NCBI GenBank assembly: GCA_963726745.1
Contig: CAVSDR010000002.1
Coordinates: 160,001-224,000 of the forward strand
Source of the DNA: an uncultured Verrucomicrobiae bacterium
Lineage (GTDB): Bacteria; Verrucomicrobiota; Verrucomicrobiia; Chthoniobacterales; UBA10450
Direction of reading: 5' to 3'
Length of the DNA: 64,000 bases
Part shown: positions 10,326 through 19,848 of the stretch, in pieces
How positions within the stretch are numbered: position 1 is the first letter of the stretch
How the letters are laid out: each line of letters starts with the position of its first letter
The notes under the pieces: generated by a model
What the model was told of the DNA's origin: nothing
The model's input: only the letters and a program-made list of their open reading frames with translations
Database searches by the model: none
Made by a program: the position numbers and the translations under genes

Positions 10326-10686
10326 CAAAGCCAAGATCCTGATCGTGGATGACGAGCGCAGCTTCACCAAGTTGACTCGCCTGGCGCTCACGCAATACGA
10401 GATCCGCGAGGAGAACGACCCGTCGCAGGCCGTCGGAGTGGCGCGCGAGTTCCAGCCCGACCTGATCCTGCTCGATGTGGTCATGCCGGAGTTCGACGGC
10501 GGCGACGTGGCGGCGCAACTGCGGGCCGATAGCTCCCTGGCGAAGATTCCAGTGGTCTTCCTGACCGCGATCGTGACCGAGCAGGAAACCGAGAAACACG
10601 GACTTTTCGGCGGTTACCCGTTCATCTCGAAGCCGGTTAGCGCCGAGCGGCTGGCGGAGGCGATCGAGCGCCATCTCGCTGCCTAA
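10315..10686 (+). CDS. Single-domain response regulator (CheY-like)
   Basis: ILIVDDE, PDLILLDVVMP, FLTA, ISKP. Confidence 0.93.
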   Translation: MRNNKAKILIVDDERSFTKLTRLALTQYEIREENDPSQAVGVAREFQPDLILLDVVMPEFDGGDVAAQLRADSSLAKIPVVFLTAIVTEQETEKHGLFGGYPFISKPVSAERLAEAIERHLAA

Positions 10687-10694
10687 CGAGACGG

Positions 10695-12056
10695 CTAGAC
10701 CACGCCCTGGTCCATCATCGCGTTCGCGACCTTGAGGAAGCCGGCGATGTTCGCGCCGTTCACGTAGTTCCCCGGCGTGCCATACTTCTCCGCGGTCCGA
10801 TGGCAGACTTCGTGGATCGTGCGCATGATGTTGAAAAGCCGGGTGTCGACTTCTTCGCGCGTCCAGGAGAGGCGCATGCTGTTCTGCGCCATCTCCAGCC
10901 CGCTCGTGGCCACGCCGCCGGCGTTCGCGGCCTTGCCGGGGCCGTAGAGAATCCCGGCTGCGAGGAACTGATTCACGCCCTCGATCGTCGTCGGCATGTT
11001 GGCTCCTTCGGAGACGGCAAAGATGCCGTTGCGCAAGAGGTTCGCCGCGTCGCGGCCGTTGATCTCGTTCTGCGTCGCGCTCGGGAAAGCGCAGTCGGCC
11101 TTGTGGTCCCAGAGCGGGTTGTGATCGAGCGCCGGATCGACCGGCGTGAAGACGGCGCCCTGGAAGCGCTCCGCGTATTCGGCGATGCGGCCACGACGCG
11201 CGTTCTTCAGGTCCATCACGAAGGCGAGCTTTTCGCGGTCGATCCCCGCTTCGTCGAAGATGTAGCCGCCGGAATCGGAAAGCGTGACCGGCTTTGCGCC
11301 TAACGAGATCAGCTTGTCCACGGTGTATTGCGCGACGTTCCCGCTCCCGGAGACGAGGCAGACCTTGCCAGCAAGTTCTTCCTTTCGCGTCTTCAGCATT
11401 TCGGCGGCGAAATAAACCGCGCCGTAGCCGGTCGCTTCCGGCCGGATGACCGAGCCGCCCCAGGTGAGTCCCTTCCCGGTCATGACGCCGGTAAACTCGT
11501 TCTTGAGCCGCTTATACATCCCGAAGAGGTAACCGATCTCGCGCGCGCCGACGCCGATGTCGCCCGCGGGCACATCCGTGTCCGGCCCGATGTGGCGTGC
11601 GAGTTCGCACATGAACGCCTGGCAAAAGCGCATCACCTCGCTGTCGCTCCGGCCGTGCGGATCGAAGTCGGAGCCGCCCTTGCCGCCGCCCATCGGCAAA
11701 GTAGTGAGCGCATTTTTGAAGACCTGCTCGAAGGCGAGGAACTTGAGGATGCCGAGATTGACCGATTGGTGGAAACGGAGCCCGCCTTTGTAGGGCCCGA
11801 TCGCGCTGTTCATCTGCACGCGGAAACCGCGGTTCACGTGCAGCTCGCCGGCATCGTCCTGCCAGGGGACGCGAAAGATGATCACGCGCTCCGGTTCGAT
11901 GATCCGCTCGATGATCTTCGCCTTCCGGTATTCCGGATGCCGCTCCAGCACGAGGGCGAGCGACTCAACCACCTCCTGCACGGCCTGGTGGAATTCCGGC
12001 TCGGCGGGATTCCGCCGCTTCGTCTCCTCGATCAGCTGGGACGCGTAGTCGTTCAC
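10695..12056 (-). CDS. gdhA: NADP-specific glutamate dehydrogenase
   Basis: GPYKGGLRFH, MGGGKGGSDFDP, DVPAGDIGVG, RPEATGYG, GKAANAGGVATS. Confidence 0.96.
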   Translation of the reverse strand: MNDYASQLIEETKRRNPAEPEFHQAVQEVVESLALVLERHPEYRKAKIIERIIEPERVIIFRVPWQDDAGELHVNRGFRVQMNSAIGPYKGGLRFHQSVNLGILKFLAFEQVFKNALTTLPMGGGKGGSDFDPHGRSDSEVMRFCQAFMCELARHIGPDTDVPAGDIGVGAREIGYLFGMYKRLKNEFTGVMTGKGLTWGGSVIRPEATGYGAVYFAAEMLKTRKEELAGKVCLVSGSGNVAQYTVDKLISLGAKPVTLSDSGGYIFDEAGIDREKLAFVMDLKNARRGRIAEYAERFQGAVFTPVDPALDHNPLWDHKADCAFPSATQNEINGRDAANLLRNGIFAVSEGANMPTTIEGVNQFLAAGILYGPGKAANAGGVATSGLEMAQNSMRLSWTREEVDTRLFNIMRTIHEVCHRTAEKYGTPGNYVNGANIAGFLKVANAMMDQGVV

Positions 12057-12181
12057 AGGCCTTGAGGCTGCGAGGTATCGCGGAAAGGGGAAGGAAAGAG
12101 AAGGACGAAGTAGCGCAGCCGATCACGGGGCCGGGGCTGTCGCGGCTTGATCTTTCGCGCGGTGGTCTACCGTTGCGCTCA

Positions 12182-13020
12182 ATGATCGTCCACCTGATTG
12201 ACGGCACCTACGAGCTCTTCCGCCACTTTTACGGCTTGCGCCGATTCAACAAGGGGGTGGACAAGCCTTACGGCGCGGTCGTCGGCGTCTTGCAGACAGT
12301 CCTGCAGATGCTCGAGAACGGAGACAGCTACCTCGGGGTCGCGACCGATCATGTGATCGAGTCTTTCCGGAACAAGCTTTGGGCCGGTTACAAAACCGGG
12401 GCCGGGATCGAGCGGGCGTTGCGCGCGCAGTTCGAGCCGCTGGAGGAAGCGCTCGTGGCGATGGGCGTGGTCGTCTGGCCGATGGTGGAGCTCGAGGCGG
12501 ACGATGCCCTTGCTTCCGCCGCGCGGCTGGCCGCGAAGGACCGGAAGGTGGAAAAGGTCGCAATCTGGACGCCCGACAAGGACCTGGCGCAATGCGTCCG
12601 CGGGGAGCGGGTGGTGCAGATCGATGGCCGGCGTAAGACGATCCGCGACGCGGCCGGCATTCGCGAAAAGTTCGGCGTTGAGCCGCCGCTGATTCCCGAT
12701 CTGCTCGCGCTCGTCGGCGACGCGGCCGATGGCTACCCGGGCATTACCGGGATCGGCGCGAAGGGCGCGGCCACGCTGCTAAATTGCCACGGCCCGATCG
12801 AGGACTTCCCGCCGAACGTTCTCGGCCAGGACCGCGAGCTGGCATTGCTCTTCAAACAGCTCGCGACCCTGCGGACCGACGCGCCGCTCTTCAAGAAAGT
12901 GGCGTCGCTTCGCTGGCGCGGCGCGACGCCTGCCTTTGCGGGTTGGGCCGAACGAATGGAAGCGCCGCGGCTGCTCGAGCGCTGCGAAAAACGGCACGTC
13001 GACGGTTGGCGGCGCTTGAG
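12182..13020 (+). CDS. Stand-alone 5'-3' exonuclease/flap endonuclease (Pol I N-terminal-like); 3' end uncertain (probable frameshift near 12990)
   Basis: HLIDGTYELFR, EADDALA, DKDLAQ, ALVGDAADGYPGITGIGAKGA (H3TH); the computed ORF runs on out of frame into nuoH. Confidence 0.85.
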
Positions 13021-13073
13021 CGGCCGATTCGGCGCTTGCTTAAAAAATCGCCGGTCGCTTTTCTTGCGCACGG

Positions 13074-14243
13074 ATGCCCGGCGAATTCCTCGACCAGATC
13101 TTCGTGCGCACGAAGGGCTGGCTGCTTTCGTTCCTCGACGGCGCGCCGCCGTGGCTCCAGCAAGTCGCTTCCAGCTTGCTGACTATTTTGCTGCTCCTGC
13201 ACGTCTTCCTCGCGCTCTTCGCGCTGATGTCGCTGCTCGAGCGGAAAATTCTCGGCCGGATGCAGAATCGCTACGGACCGAATCGCGTCGGCCCTTTTGG
13301 CCTGCTGCAACCGGTGGCCGACGGGATCAAGATGCTGATCAAGGAAGACGTGGTCCCGCTGCGCGCGGACAAGGTGCTGCACTTCCTCGCGCCCATCCTG
13401 GTTGCGGCCCCCGCGATCCTCGCGCTCGGCGTGATTCCTTACGGGCGAAACATGACGCCCTTCGCGATCGATGGCGGGATTCTCTTTTTCTTCGCGGTCG
13501 GCTCGATGACGGAGCTGGCCGTTTTCATGGCGGGGTGGGGGAGCAACAACAAGTTCAGCATGCTCGGCGCGATGCGCGCGATCGCGCAGATGGTGAGCTA
13601 TGAGCTACCGCTGATTTTGACCGTGCTGCCGGTGGTGATGATCGTCGGCTCGCTCTCGGCTGATCAGATTGTGGCGGCGCAGTCGCGTTACTGGTTCGTG
13701 CTCACGCCGTGGGGCGCGGCGGCATTCCTCCTGTTCTTCGTTTCGGGTTTAGTGGAGTCGAATCGAACGCCCTTCGACGTCCCCGAAGGCGAATCGGAAA
13801 TCGTCGCCGGCCACATGACCGAGTATTCCGGCTTCAAATACGCCATCTTTTTCCTCGCGGAATACTTTGGGATGTTTGCCATCGCTGGGCTCGCGGTCAC
13901 GCTCTTCCTCGGCGGCTGGCACGCGCCGCTGCGTTTCCTCGAGTTTATCCCGTCGTGGATTTGGTTTGCCGGCAAGCTGGCGGTGTTGCTCTTCGTCTTT
14001 GTCTGGATTCGCGGGACCCTCCCGCGCACCCGGGTGGACCAGGTGATGAACTTCGCCTGGAAGTTCATGCTTCCGATGGCGTTTGCCTGCATTCTCTCGG
14101 CCGCGGCCTGGCACTACGGCGCGCACGGCCTGCGCGGCTGGCTGTGGTCGTTAGGCCCGCTCGTGCTCGCTTTCTTCGCGCTCACGCGGCTGCTCGACAC
14201 CGGGAAGAAATTTGCCCCGCGCACTTATCGTTTCGCCGAATGA
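13074..14243 (+). CDS. nuoH: NADH-quinone oxidoreductase subunit H
   Basis: LERKILGRMQNRYGPNRVGPFGLLQPVADGIK, ESNRTPFDVPEGESEIVAG, TEYSG. Confidence 0.96.
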   Translation: MPGEFLDQIFVRTKGWLLSFLDGAPPWLQQVASSLLTILLLLHVFLALFALMSLLERKILGRMQNRYGPNRVGPFGLLQPVADGIKMLIKEDVVPLRADKVLHFLAPILVAAPAILALGVIPYGRNMTPFAIDGGILFFFAVGSMTELAVFMAGWGSNNKFSMLGAMRAIAQMVSYELPLILTVLPVVMIVGSLSADQIVAAQSRYWFVLTPWGAAAFLLFFVSGLVESNRTPFDVPEGESEIVAGHMTEYSGFKYAIFFLAEYFGMFAIAGLAVTLFLGGWHAPLRFLEFIPSWIWFAGKLAVLLFVFVWIRGTLPRTRVDQVMNFAWKFMLPMAFACILSAAAWHYGAHGLRGWLWSLGPLVLAFFALTRLLDTGKKFAPRTYRFAE

Positions 14244-14725
14244 GCAACGTAGCCTTCCTTCTCATCGCGGTCGGCACGCTCGCGGCGGCGCTGGCCGCGG
14301 CGACCTTGCGGAAGTTGATCCACGCCGCCTTCGCGCTCGCGCTCGCCTTCGTCGGCGTGGCCGCGTTCTACTTCTGGTTAGGCGCGGAGTTCGTGGGGCT
14401 GGTGCAGGTCTTTGTCTACGTGGGTGCGGTCGCGATCTTGCTCGTCTTTACCATCCTGCTCACGCCGCGGGCTGCGACCGCCACCGACAGCCGGTGGCCT
14501 TGGGGCGGTATCGTGATCTCGCTGCTTGTTTTCGCCGCCCTCGCCTGGTCGGTCTGGCATACGCCGCTTGCCGGCAGCGCGCCGGTGCAGGCACCGCTGA
14601 GTGTCCGCCAGATCGGCGAAGTGCTCATGACCGCTTACGTCTGGCCGCTGCTCTGCGTAGGCGTGCTCCTGACCGTGGCGTTGATCGGCGCGCTCGTGCT
14701 TGTGCTGGAGGAGAAACGTCCATGA
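14240..14725 (+). CDS. nuoJ: NADH-quinone oxidoreductase subunit J
   Basis: AEFVGLVQVFVYVGAVAILLVF; ATGA overlap with nuoH. Confidence 0.92.
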   Translation: MSNVAFLLIAVGTLAAALAAATLRKLIHAAFALALAFVGVAAFYFWLGAEFVGLVQVFVYVGAVAILLVFTILLTPRAATATDSRWPWGGIVISLLVFAALAWSVWHTPLAGSAPVQAPLSVRQIGEVLMTAYVWPLLCVGVLLTVALIGALVLVLEEKRP

Positions 14726-15036
14726 CGCCGACGCTCCAACACGTGCTCCTGGTCTCCTCGGCGCTCTTCGGCATCGGCTTGCTCGCGGCGCTTAGCCGGC
14801 GGCATGCGATCTTCATCCTCATCGGGATCGAGCTCATGCTCGCGGCCGCGAACGTGAACTTCATCGCCTTTTGGCGCTTCGCGCCGGAACCGCATCCGCC
14901 CACCGGCGTCATGGTCGCGATCTTCAGCATCGCCATTGCCGCCGCCGAAGCCGCGGTCGGGCTGGCCCTGGTGATCGCGGTTTACCGGCACTACCGCACC
15001 ACGCAGGTCGAGCAGCTCGACCAGCTCAAGGGATGA
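14722..15036 (+). CDS. nuoK: NADH-quinone oxidoreductase subunit K
   Basis: IELMLAAANVNF, IAAAEAAVGLAL. Confidence 0.94.
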   Translation: MTPTLQHVLLVSSALFGIGLLAALSRRHAIFILIGIELMLAAANVNFIAFWRFAPEPHPPTGVMVAIFSIAIAAAEAAVGLALVIAVYRHYRTTQVEQLDQLKG

Positions 15037-16955
15037 ACCACGCGATGGTCGACTTCCTTTGGGCGATCCCGCTGGTGCCGCTGGCGGTCTCGCTGCTCGT
15101 GCTGGCCTCTTCGCGCAAGCTCGCGGCCGCGCTCGCGATCGCGGGGCAGACAATCGCGCTGCTGCTTTCGATCGCCGCCTTCCACTCAACCATGGTCGCG
15201 CCCGGCCATCTCGCGGTGCGCAATTTCACCTGGTTCCATTTTGGCGACCAGACGCTCCGGCTCGGCCTGCTGCTCGATCCGCTGACCGCGGTGATGCTGG
15301 TCATGATCACTTTCGTGGCGCTCTGCATCTTCGTTTTCAGCGTCGGCTACATGGCGGCGGATAAAAATTTCGGCCGCTTCTTCGCTTACCTTTCGTTCTT
15401 CACCGCGGCCATGCTCGGCGTGGTCGTGGCGAACAGCTTGCTGCTTGTTTTCATCTGCTGGGAGTTGGTCGGGCTTGCGTCGTATTTGCTGATTGGTTTC
15501 TGGATCGAGAAGCCGAGCGCCGCCGCAGCCGCGAAGAAGGCTTTCATCACCACGCGCATCGGCGACCTCGGATTTTTCCTCGGACTGCTCTGGCTCTACC
15601 GGACCACGGGGACCACGCTCTTTTACGGTGAAGGCGGGGGCGCGTTCGCGTTGCTCCCGGGCGGCAGCACCGCGATCGCGCTGCTTATTTTCTGCGGAGC
15701 GGTCGGGAAGTCGGGGCAATTTCCGCTGCACGTCTGGCTGCCCGACGCGATGGAAGGGCCCACGCCGGTGAGCGCATTGATTCATGCGGCCACGATGGTG
15801 GCGGCGGGGGTTTTCCTGGTCGCGCGGAGCTATCCGCTCTTCACCGCCGAGGCGCTCCAGGTGGTCGTGTGGGTCGGGGTACTGACTGCTTTCATCGCCG
15901 CGCTCATCGGGCTGGCGCAGTTCGATCTCAAGCGCATCCTGGCTTACTCGACCGTCTCGCAGCTCGGCCTGATGATGGTCTCGTTAGGCGTGGGCGGAGT
16001 GAGCGCGGGGATCCTGCACCTGCTGGCACACGGCTTCTTCAAGGCGCTGCTTTTCCTCGGCGCCGGCTCGGTCATCCACGGGACGCACCACGAGCAGGAC
16101 ATCCGGAAAATGGGCGGCCTGCGCGGGGCCATGCCGCTGACTTTTTTCACTTACGCCATCGGCATGATGGCGCTGAGCGGCGTGCCGCTGTTCTTTGCCG
16201 GCGCCTGGACGAAAGAGGAAATCCTCCACGCGACCGCGGCCTGGCCGGTCTCGCGCCTGCCTTACTATTTCACCATGGCCGGCGTGGTCCTGACCTCGCT
16301 CTACATGACCCGGCAAATGATCTTCGTTTTCTTCGGACAACGGCGGGGCGGCGAGGCGCATGAGAGTCCGCGGGTGATGACCGGGCCGTTGATCTTGCTG
16401 GCTGTTTGCACGGTGGCGCTGAGCGCGCTGCTCACGCCGGCCTGGCCGTGGCTGCATGCGTTTCTCCTCGGCGAACCGGCGTCTTTCCGGCCGGGCGAAT
16501 TCATCCAGCCCGCGCTCTTCGTCTCGCTCCTGCTGGTCGCGCTCGGGATCGGAAGCGGTCTGCTTTTCTATCGTGGCGCGGGCGAGCGGGACCCGTTGCA
16601 AACCCGCTTTCCGGCGCTCTTCCGCTTCCTCGAAAACCGAATGTGGCTCGACGAACTTTACGCGCTCACCGTGATCGCGCTGGCCCGCGCGGCGGCAGCG
16701 ATTTCGTCCTGGATGGATCGCTTTGTCTGGGATGGCGCGGTGCGGGCCGTTGCCGGTTGCGGGAAATTAGCCGGCACTTTGAGCAAGGGAGCCGATGAGC
16801 ACGGCTTCAATGCCGCGGGCGATCTTTCGGCCGCGAGCACCGGCGCGCTCGGCCGGCTTTTTTCGCGCCTACATTCCGGGCAGGTGCAGGGATATCTCGG
16901 GGCGCTCGCCGTGGGCATGCTCGCGCTGCTTTTGCTCTTCGCCTGGCTGGCATGA
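15033..16955 (+). CDS. nuoL: NADH-quinone oxidoreductase subunit L with lengthened amphipathic helix
   Basis: WELVGLASYLLIGFW, GKSGQFPLHVWLPDAMEGPTPVSALIHAATMV, HGFFKALLFL. Confidence 0.95.
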   Translation: MNHAMVDFLWAIPLVPLAVSLLVLASSRKLAAALAIAGQTIALLLSIAAFHSTMVAPGHLAVRNFTWFHFGDQTLRLGLLLDPLTAVMLVMITFVALCIFVFSVGYMAADKNFGRFFAYLSFFTAAMLGVVVANSLLLVFICWELVGLASYLLIGFWIEKPSAAAAAKKAFITTRIGDLGFFLGLLWLYRTTGTTLFYGEGGGAFALLPGGSTAIALLIFCGAVGKSGQFPLHVWLPDAMEGPTPVSALIHAATMVAAGVFLVARSYPLFTAEALQVVVWVGVLTAFIAALIGLAQFDLKRILAYSTVSQLGLMMVSLGVGGVSAGILHLLAHGFFKALLFLGAGSVIHGTHHEQDIRKMGGLRGAMPLTFFTYAIGMMALSGVPLFFAGAWTKEEILHATAAWPVSRLPYYFTMAGVVLTSLYMTRQMIFVFFGQRRGGEAHESPRVMTGPLILLAVCTVALSALLTPAWPWLHAFLLGEPASFRPGEFIQPALFVSLLLVALGIGSGLLFYRGAGERDPLQTRFPALFRFLENRMWLDELYALTVIALARAAAAISSWMDRFVWDGAVRAVAGCGKLAGTLSKGADEHGFNAAGDLSAASTGALGRLFSRLHSGQVQGYLGALAVGMLALLLLFAWLA

Positions 16956-18406
16956 TCACCGCGCTCCTGCTCCTGCCACTGATCGGCGCACTGTTCGTTA
17001 GCCTAATGCCGGCGACGCGGGCGCGCGGGACGGCGCTCGGATTCAATTTACTCAGCGCGATCGTGGTCTTCGCAATCTGGCGGCGTTTCGACCCGCAGCT
17101 GGTCGGCCTGCAGTTGGTCGAGCGGCACGACTGGATTCCTGCGATCGGCGCAGAGTATCTCCTCGGGGTCGACGGCCTGAGCTTGCTGCTGGTTTTGCTG
17201 ACCACCATCGTGATTCCGTTCGCGCTCCTGGCGCAACGGATGGAGCGCGGCTTCTGCTCGTTAGTCCTGGTAACGCAGGCGGCGCTTTACGGCACTTTCA
17301 CCGCGCAGAATTTTGTCCTTTGGTTCCTCTTTTACGAGATGAGCCTGCTGCCGGCTTTTCTCCTGATCAAGCTCTGGGGTGGGGAAGGCCGGGACCGTGC
17401 GGCGACGAAGTTTTTCGTCTACACCTTCCTCGGGAGCGCGGCCATGTTGCTGGCTTTTCTCGGGATCTTTTTCGTGCGCCACACCTTTGATTTCGCGGCG
17501 CTGGCGCAAATCGGGAAGAGCGGGGTGCTGAGCGGGAAGCTCGCGTGGTTTTGTTTTGCCGGCATTTTCCTGGGGCTGGCGGTGAAGGTGCCGCTCTGGC
17601 CGTTTCACACCTGGCTGCCGGACGCTTACGCGAGCGCGCCGACCGGCGGGTCGATGATCCTGACCGGTCTGCTCTCGAAGATGGGGCTGTATGGATTTCT
17701 CCGGCTGCTCCTGCCGCTCTTCCCTAACGAGTTGAAGCTCGCGGGCCCGTGGCTGCTTGGCTTGGCGGTGGCCTCGATTGTTCTTTCCGCGTTGGCCGCG
17801 TGGGCCCAGCGCGACCTCAAACGCATGGCTGGTTATCTCTCGATCAATCACCTCGGTTATTGCCTGCTCGCGCTCTTCGCCGTCACCGCGACCGCAGCCC
17901 GCCCAGGCGCCGATGTGCAGGCAGCACTTGGCGGCGTTTTCCTGCAGATTTTCAATCACGGCCTGACCGCGGCCGCGCTTTTCTACTTCATCGGCCTGCT
18001 CGAGCAACGCCGCGGGACCCGCGGTCTGGAGGACTTCGGCGGGCTGATGCAACGCGCCCCGCTCTTCTGCGGCTGGATGAGCGTGACCATGTTCTCCTCG
18101 TTAGGCTTGCCGGGGTTGAATGGCTTTGTCGGCGAGTTCCTGATCTTCAAGGGTGTCTTCGCGCTCGCGCCCGTCTTCGCGGCGGTGGCCACGCTCGGCC
18201 TCCTTTTCACTGCCGTTGTTCTCCTGGGAGCGATGCAGAAGATTTTCAGCGGCCCAGCGCGCGGGGAATTCGCGGACTTGCACCGCGGCGAGTTGCTCGT
18301 GGTCGTGCCGGTGACCTTGCTCCTGATCGCGCTCGGACTTTTCCCGCAGCTCCTGCTGCACTTTCTCAACGCCACCGTCGCCCAGATGGCGCGACTTTTC
18401 GCATGA
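16952..18406 (+). CDS. nuoM: NADH-quinone oxidoreductase subunit M (copy 1)
   Basis: LGVDGLS, FYEMSLLP, VKVPLWPFHTWLPDAY, LGLPGLNGFVGE. Confidence 0.9.
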   Translation: MITALLLLPLIGALFVSLMPATRARGTALGFNLLSAIVVFAIWRRFDPQLVGLQLVERHDWIPAIGAEYLLGVDGLSLLLVLLTTIVIPFALLAQRMERGFCSLVLVTQAALYGTFTAQNFVLWFLFYEMSLLPAFLLIKLWGGEGRDRAATKFFVYTFLGSAAMLLAFLGIFFVRHTFDFAALAQIGKSGVLSGKLAWFCFAGIFLGLAVKVPLWPFHTWLPDAYASAPTGGSMILTGLLSKMGLYGFLRLLLPLFPNELKLAGPWLLGLAVASIVLSALAAWAQRDLKRMAGYLSINHLGYCLLALFAVTATAARPGADVQAALGGVFLQIFNHGLTAAALFYFIGLLEQRRGTRGLEDFGGLMQRAPLFCGWMSVTMFSSLGLPGLNGFVGEFLIFKGVFALAPVFAAVATLGLLFTAVVLLGAMQKIFSGPARGEFADLHRGELLVVVPVTLLLIALGLFPQLLLHFLNATVAQMARLFA

Positions 18407-19848
18407 GCTCCCTCGCTGCCTGGAGCATTCCCCTGACCTTTGGCGGAGCGCTGCTTGCGCTTTTCCTCCCGCAGGTGTGCGCGCGTTGGATCGCACTCAC
18501 GACCACCACGGCCGGCTTCGCGGTCAGTGCGCTGGCTCTCTTCGCGGAGAAAGTGCCGGCTGCCTTTACCACGATCGTGCGCATACCCTGGGTGCCCGCG
18601 CTCGGGATGGAATACCACCTCGCGGCCGATGGCATCAGCCTCACGCTGACCCTCGTGACCGGGCTCACCGCGGTCTGCGCGGTCTTGTTCTCGTGGGATG
18701 AAACGCGTCGGCCAAATGAGTTCTTCTTCTGGCTCCTGCTCGTGGTGGGCGGGTCTTACGGCGTCTTCCTGAGCGCGGACCTCTTCCTCTTCTTTGTCTT
18801 CTACGAGCTCGTGATCGTGCCGAAGTATTTCCTGATCGCGACCTGGGGATCGACCCGCAAGGAATACGGCGCGATGAAGCTGACGCTCTATTCCTTCGCG
18901 GGGGGCGCGCTGGTTTTCGTGGGAATCCTCGCGGCCTATGTGAGCAGCGGCACGCTGGACCTGCAGCGGCTGGCGACGTTTGCCTTCCCGCCGCAACTCC
19001 AGGCCTGGGCCTTTCCGGTGCTCTTTCTCGGCTTCGCCATCCTCGCCGGCCTCTGGCCGCTGCACACTTGGGCGCCGACCGGCCACGTGGCCGCGCCGAC
19101 GGCTGGCTCGATGCTGCTTGCCGGCATCGTGATGAAGCTGGGCGCTTACGGCGCGCTGCGGGTGGCGGTGAATCTTTTTCCGGAAGGTTTCGCGTTTTGG
19201 AGAAAGTGGATCGCGGTCCTGGCGGTTATCGGCATTCTCTACGCCGCGGCGGTCGCCCTGCGGCAGCGCGACCTGAAATTCGTCATCGGTTATTCGAGCG
19301 TGAGCCACATGGGCTTCATCCTCCTCGGGCTGGCCGCGGCCAACTCGTTAGGCGTGGCTGGCGCGGTCCTGCAAATGTTCTCGCACGGCGTGATCGGGGC
19401 ACTGCTTTTCGCGGTCGCGGGCCGGATGATTTACCCGCGCACGCACACGCGCGACCTGCACGAGCTCGCCCGGATGAACCTCGGCCGCGCGCTGCCGTTT
19501 GCGGCCGCTGTCTTCGTGCTCGCCTCCGCGGCTTCGATGGGGCTTCCCGGCTTTAGCGGCTTCGCCGCCGAGATCACGATCCTGCTCGGCGTTTGGCAGC
19601 ATTTTCCCGCGGCGGTCTGGTTGACCGGCGTGGGCATGGTGCTGGTGGCGGCGTTTTCGCTGCGCGCGCTCAAGCTGACCTTCTTTGCCGACAACCCGTC
19701 GCCGCCAGCCGCGCTCGAGCCGATCACCCTCCCGGAAAAGCTGGGCGCCGCGCTTCTCCTGGCCGCGACCGTGGGCGTGGGAATTTACCCGACCAGCTTG
19801 CTCGACCGCATCCTGCCGGCAGTCCAGGCGATGAGGTTCCTCCAATGA
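18403..19848 (+). CDS. nuoM: NADH-quinone oxidoreductase subunit M (copy 2)
   Basis: LAADGIS, FYELVIVP, WPLHTWAPTGH, YSSVSHMG, MGLPGFSGFAAE. Confidence 0.9.
   Translation: MSSLAAWSIPLTFGGALLALFLPQVCARWIALTTTTAGFAVSALALFAEKVPAAFTTIVRIPWVPALGMEYHLAADGISLTLTLVTGLTAVCAVLFSWDETRRPNEFFFWLLLVVGGSYGVFLSADLFLFFVFYELVIVPKYFLIATWGSTRKEYGAMKLTLYSFAGGALVFVGILAAYVSSGTLDLQRLATFAFPPQLQAWAFPVLFLGFAILAGLWPLHTWAPTGHVAAPTAGSMLLAGIVMKLGAYGALRVAVNLFPEGFAFWRKWIAVLAVIGILYAAAVALRQRDLKFVIGYSSVSHMGFILLGLAAANSLGVAGAVLQMFSHGVIGALLFAVAGRMIYPRTHTRDLHELARMNLGRALPFAAAVFVLASAASMGLPGFSGFAAEITILLGVWQHFPAAVWLTGVGMVLVAAFSLRALKLTFFADNPSPPAALEPITLPEKLGAALLLAATVGVGIYPTSLLDRILPAVQAMRFLQ

Noticed and set aside
12062..13603. 513-aa exonuclease ORF apparently overlapping nuoH by about 530 nt
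   Set aside because: The tail is low-complexity out-of-frame translation; a missed stop caused by an indel near 12990 is more likely than a true overlap or fusion.
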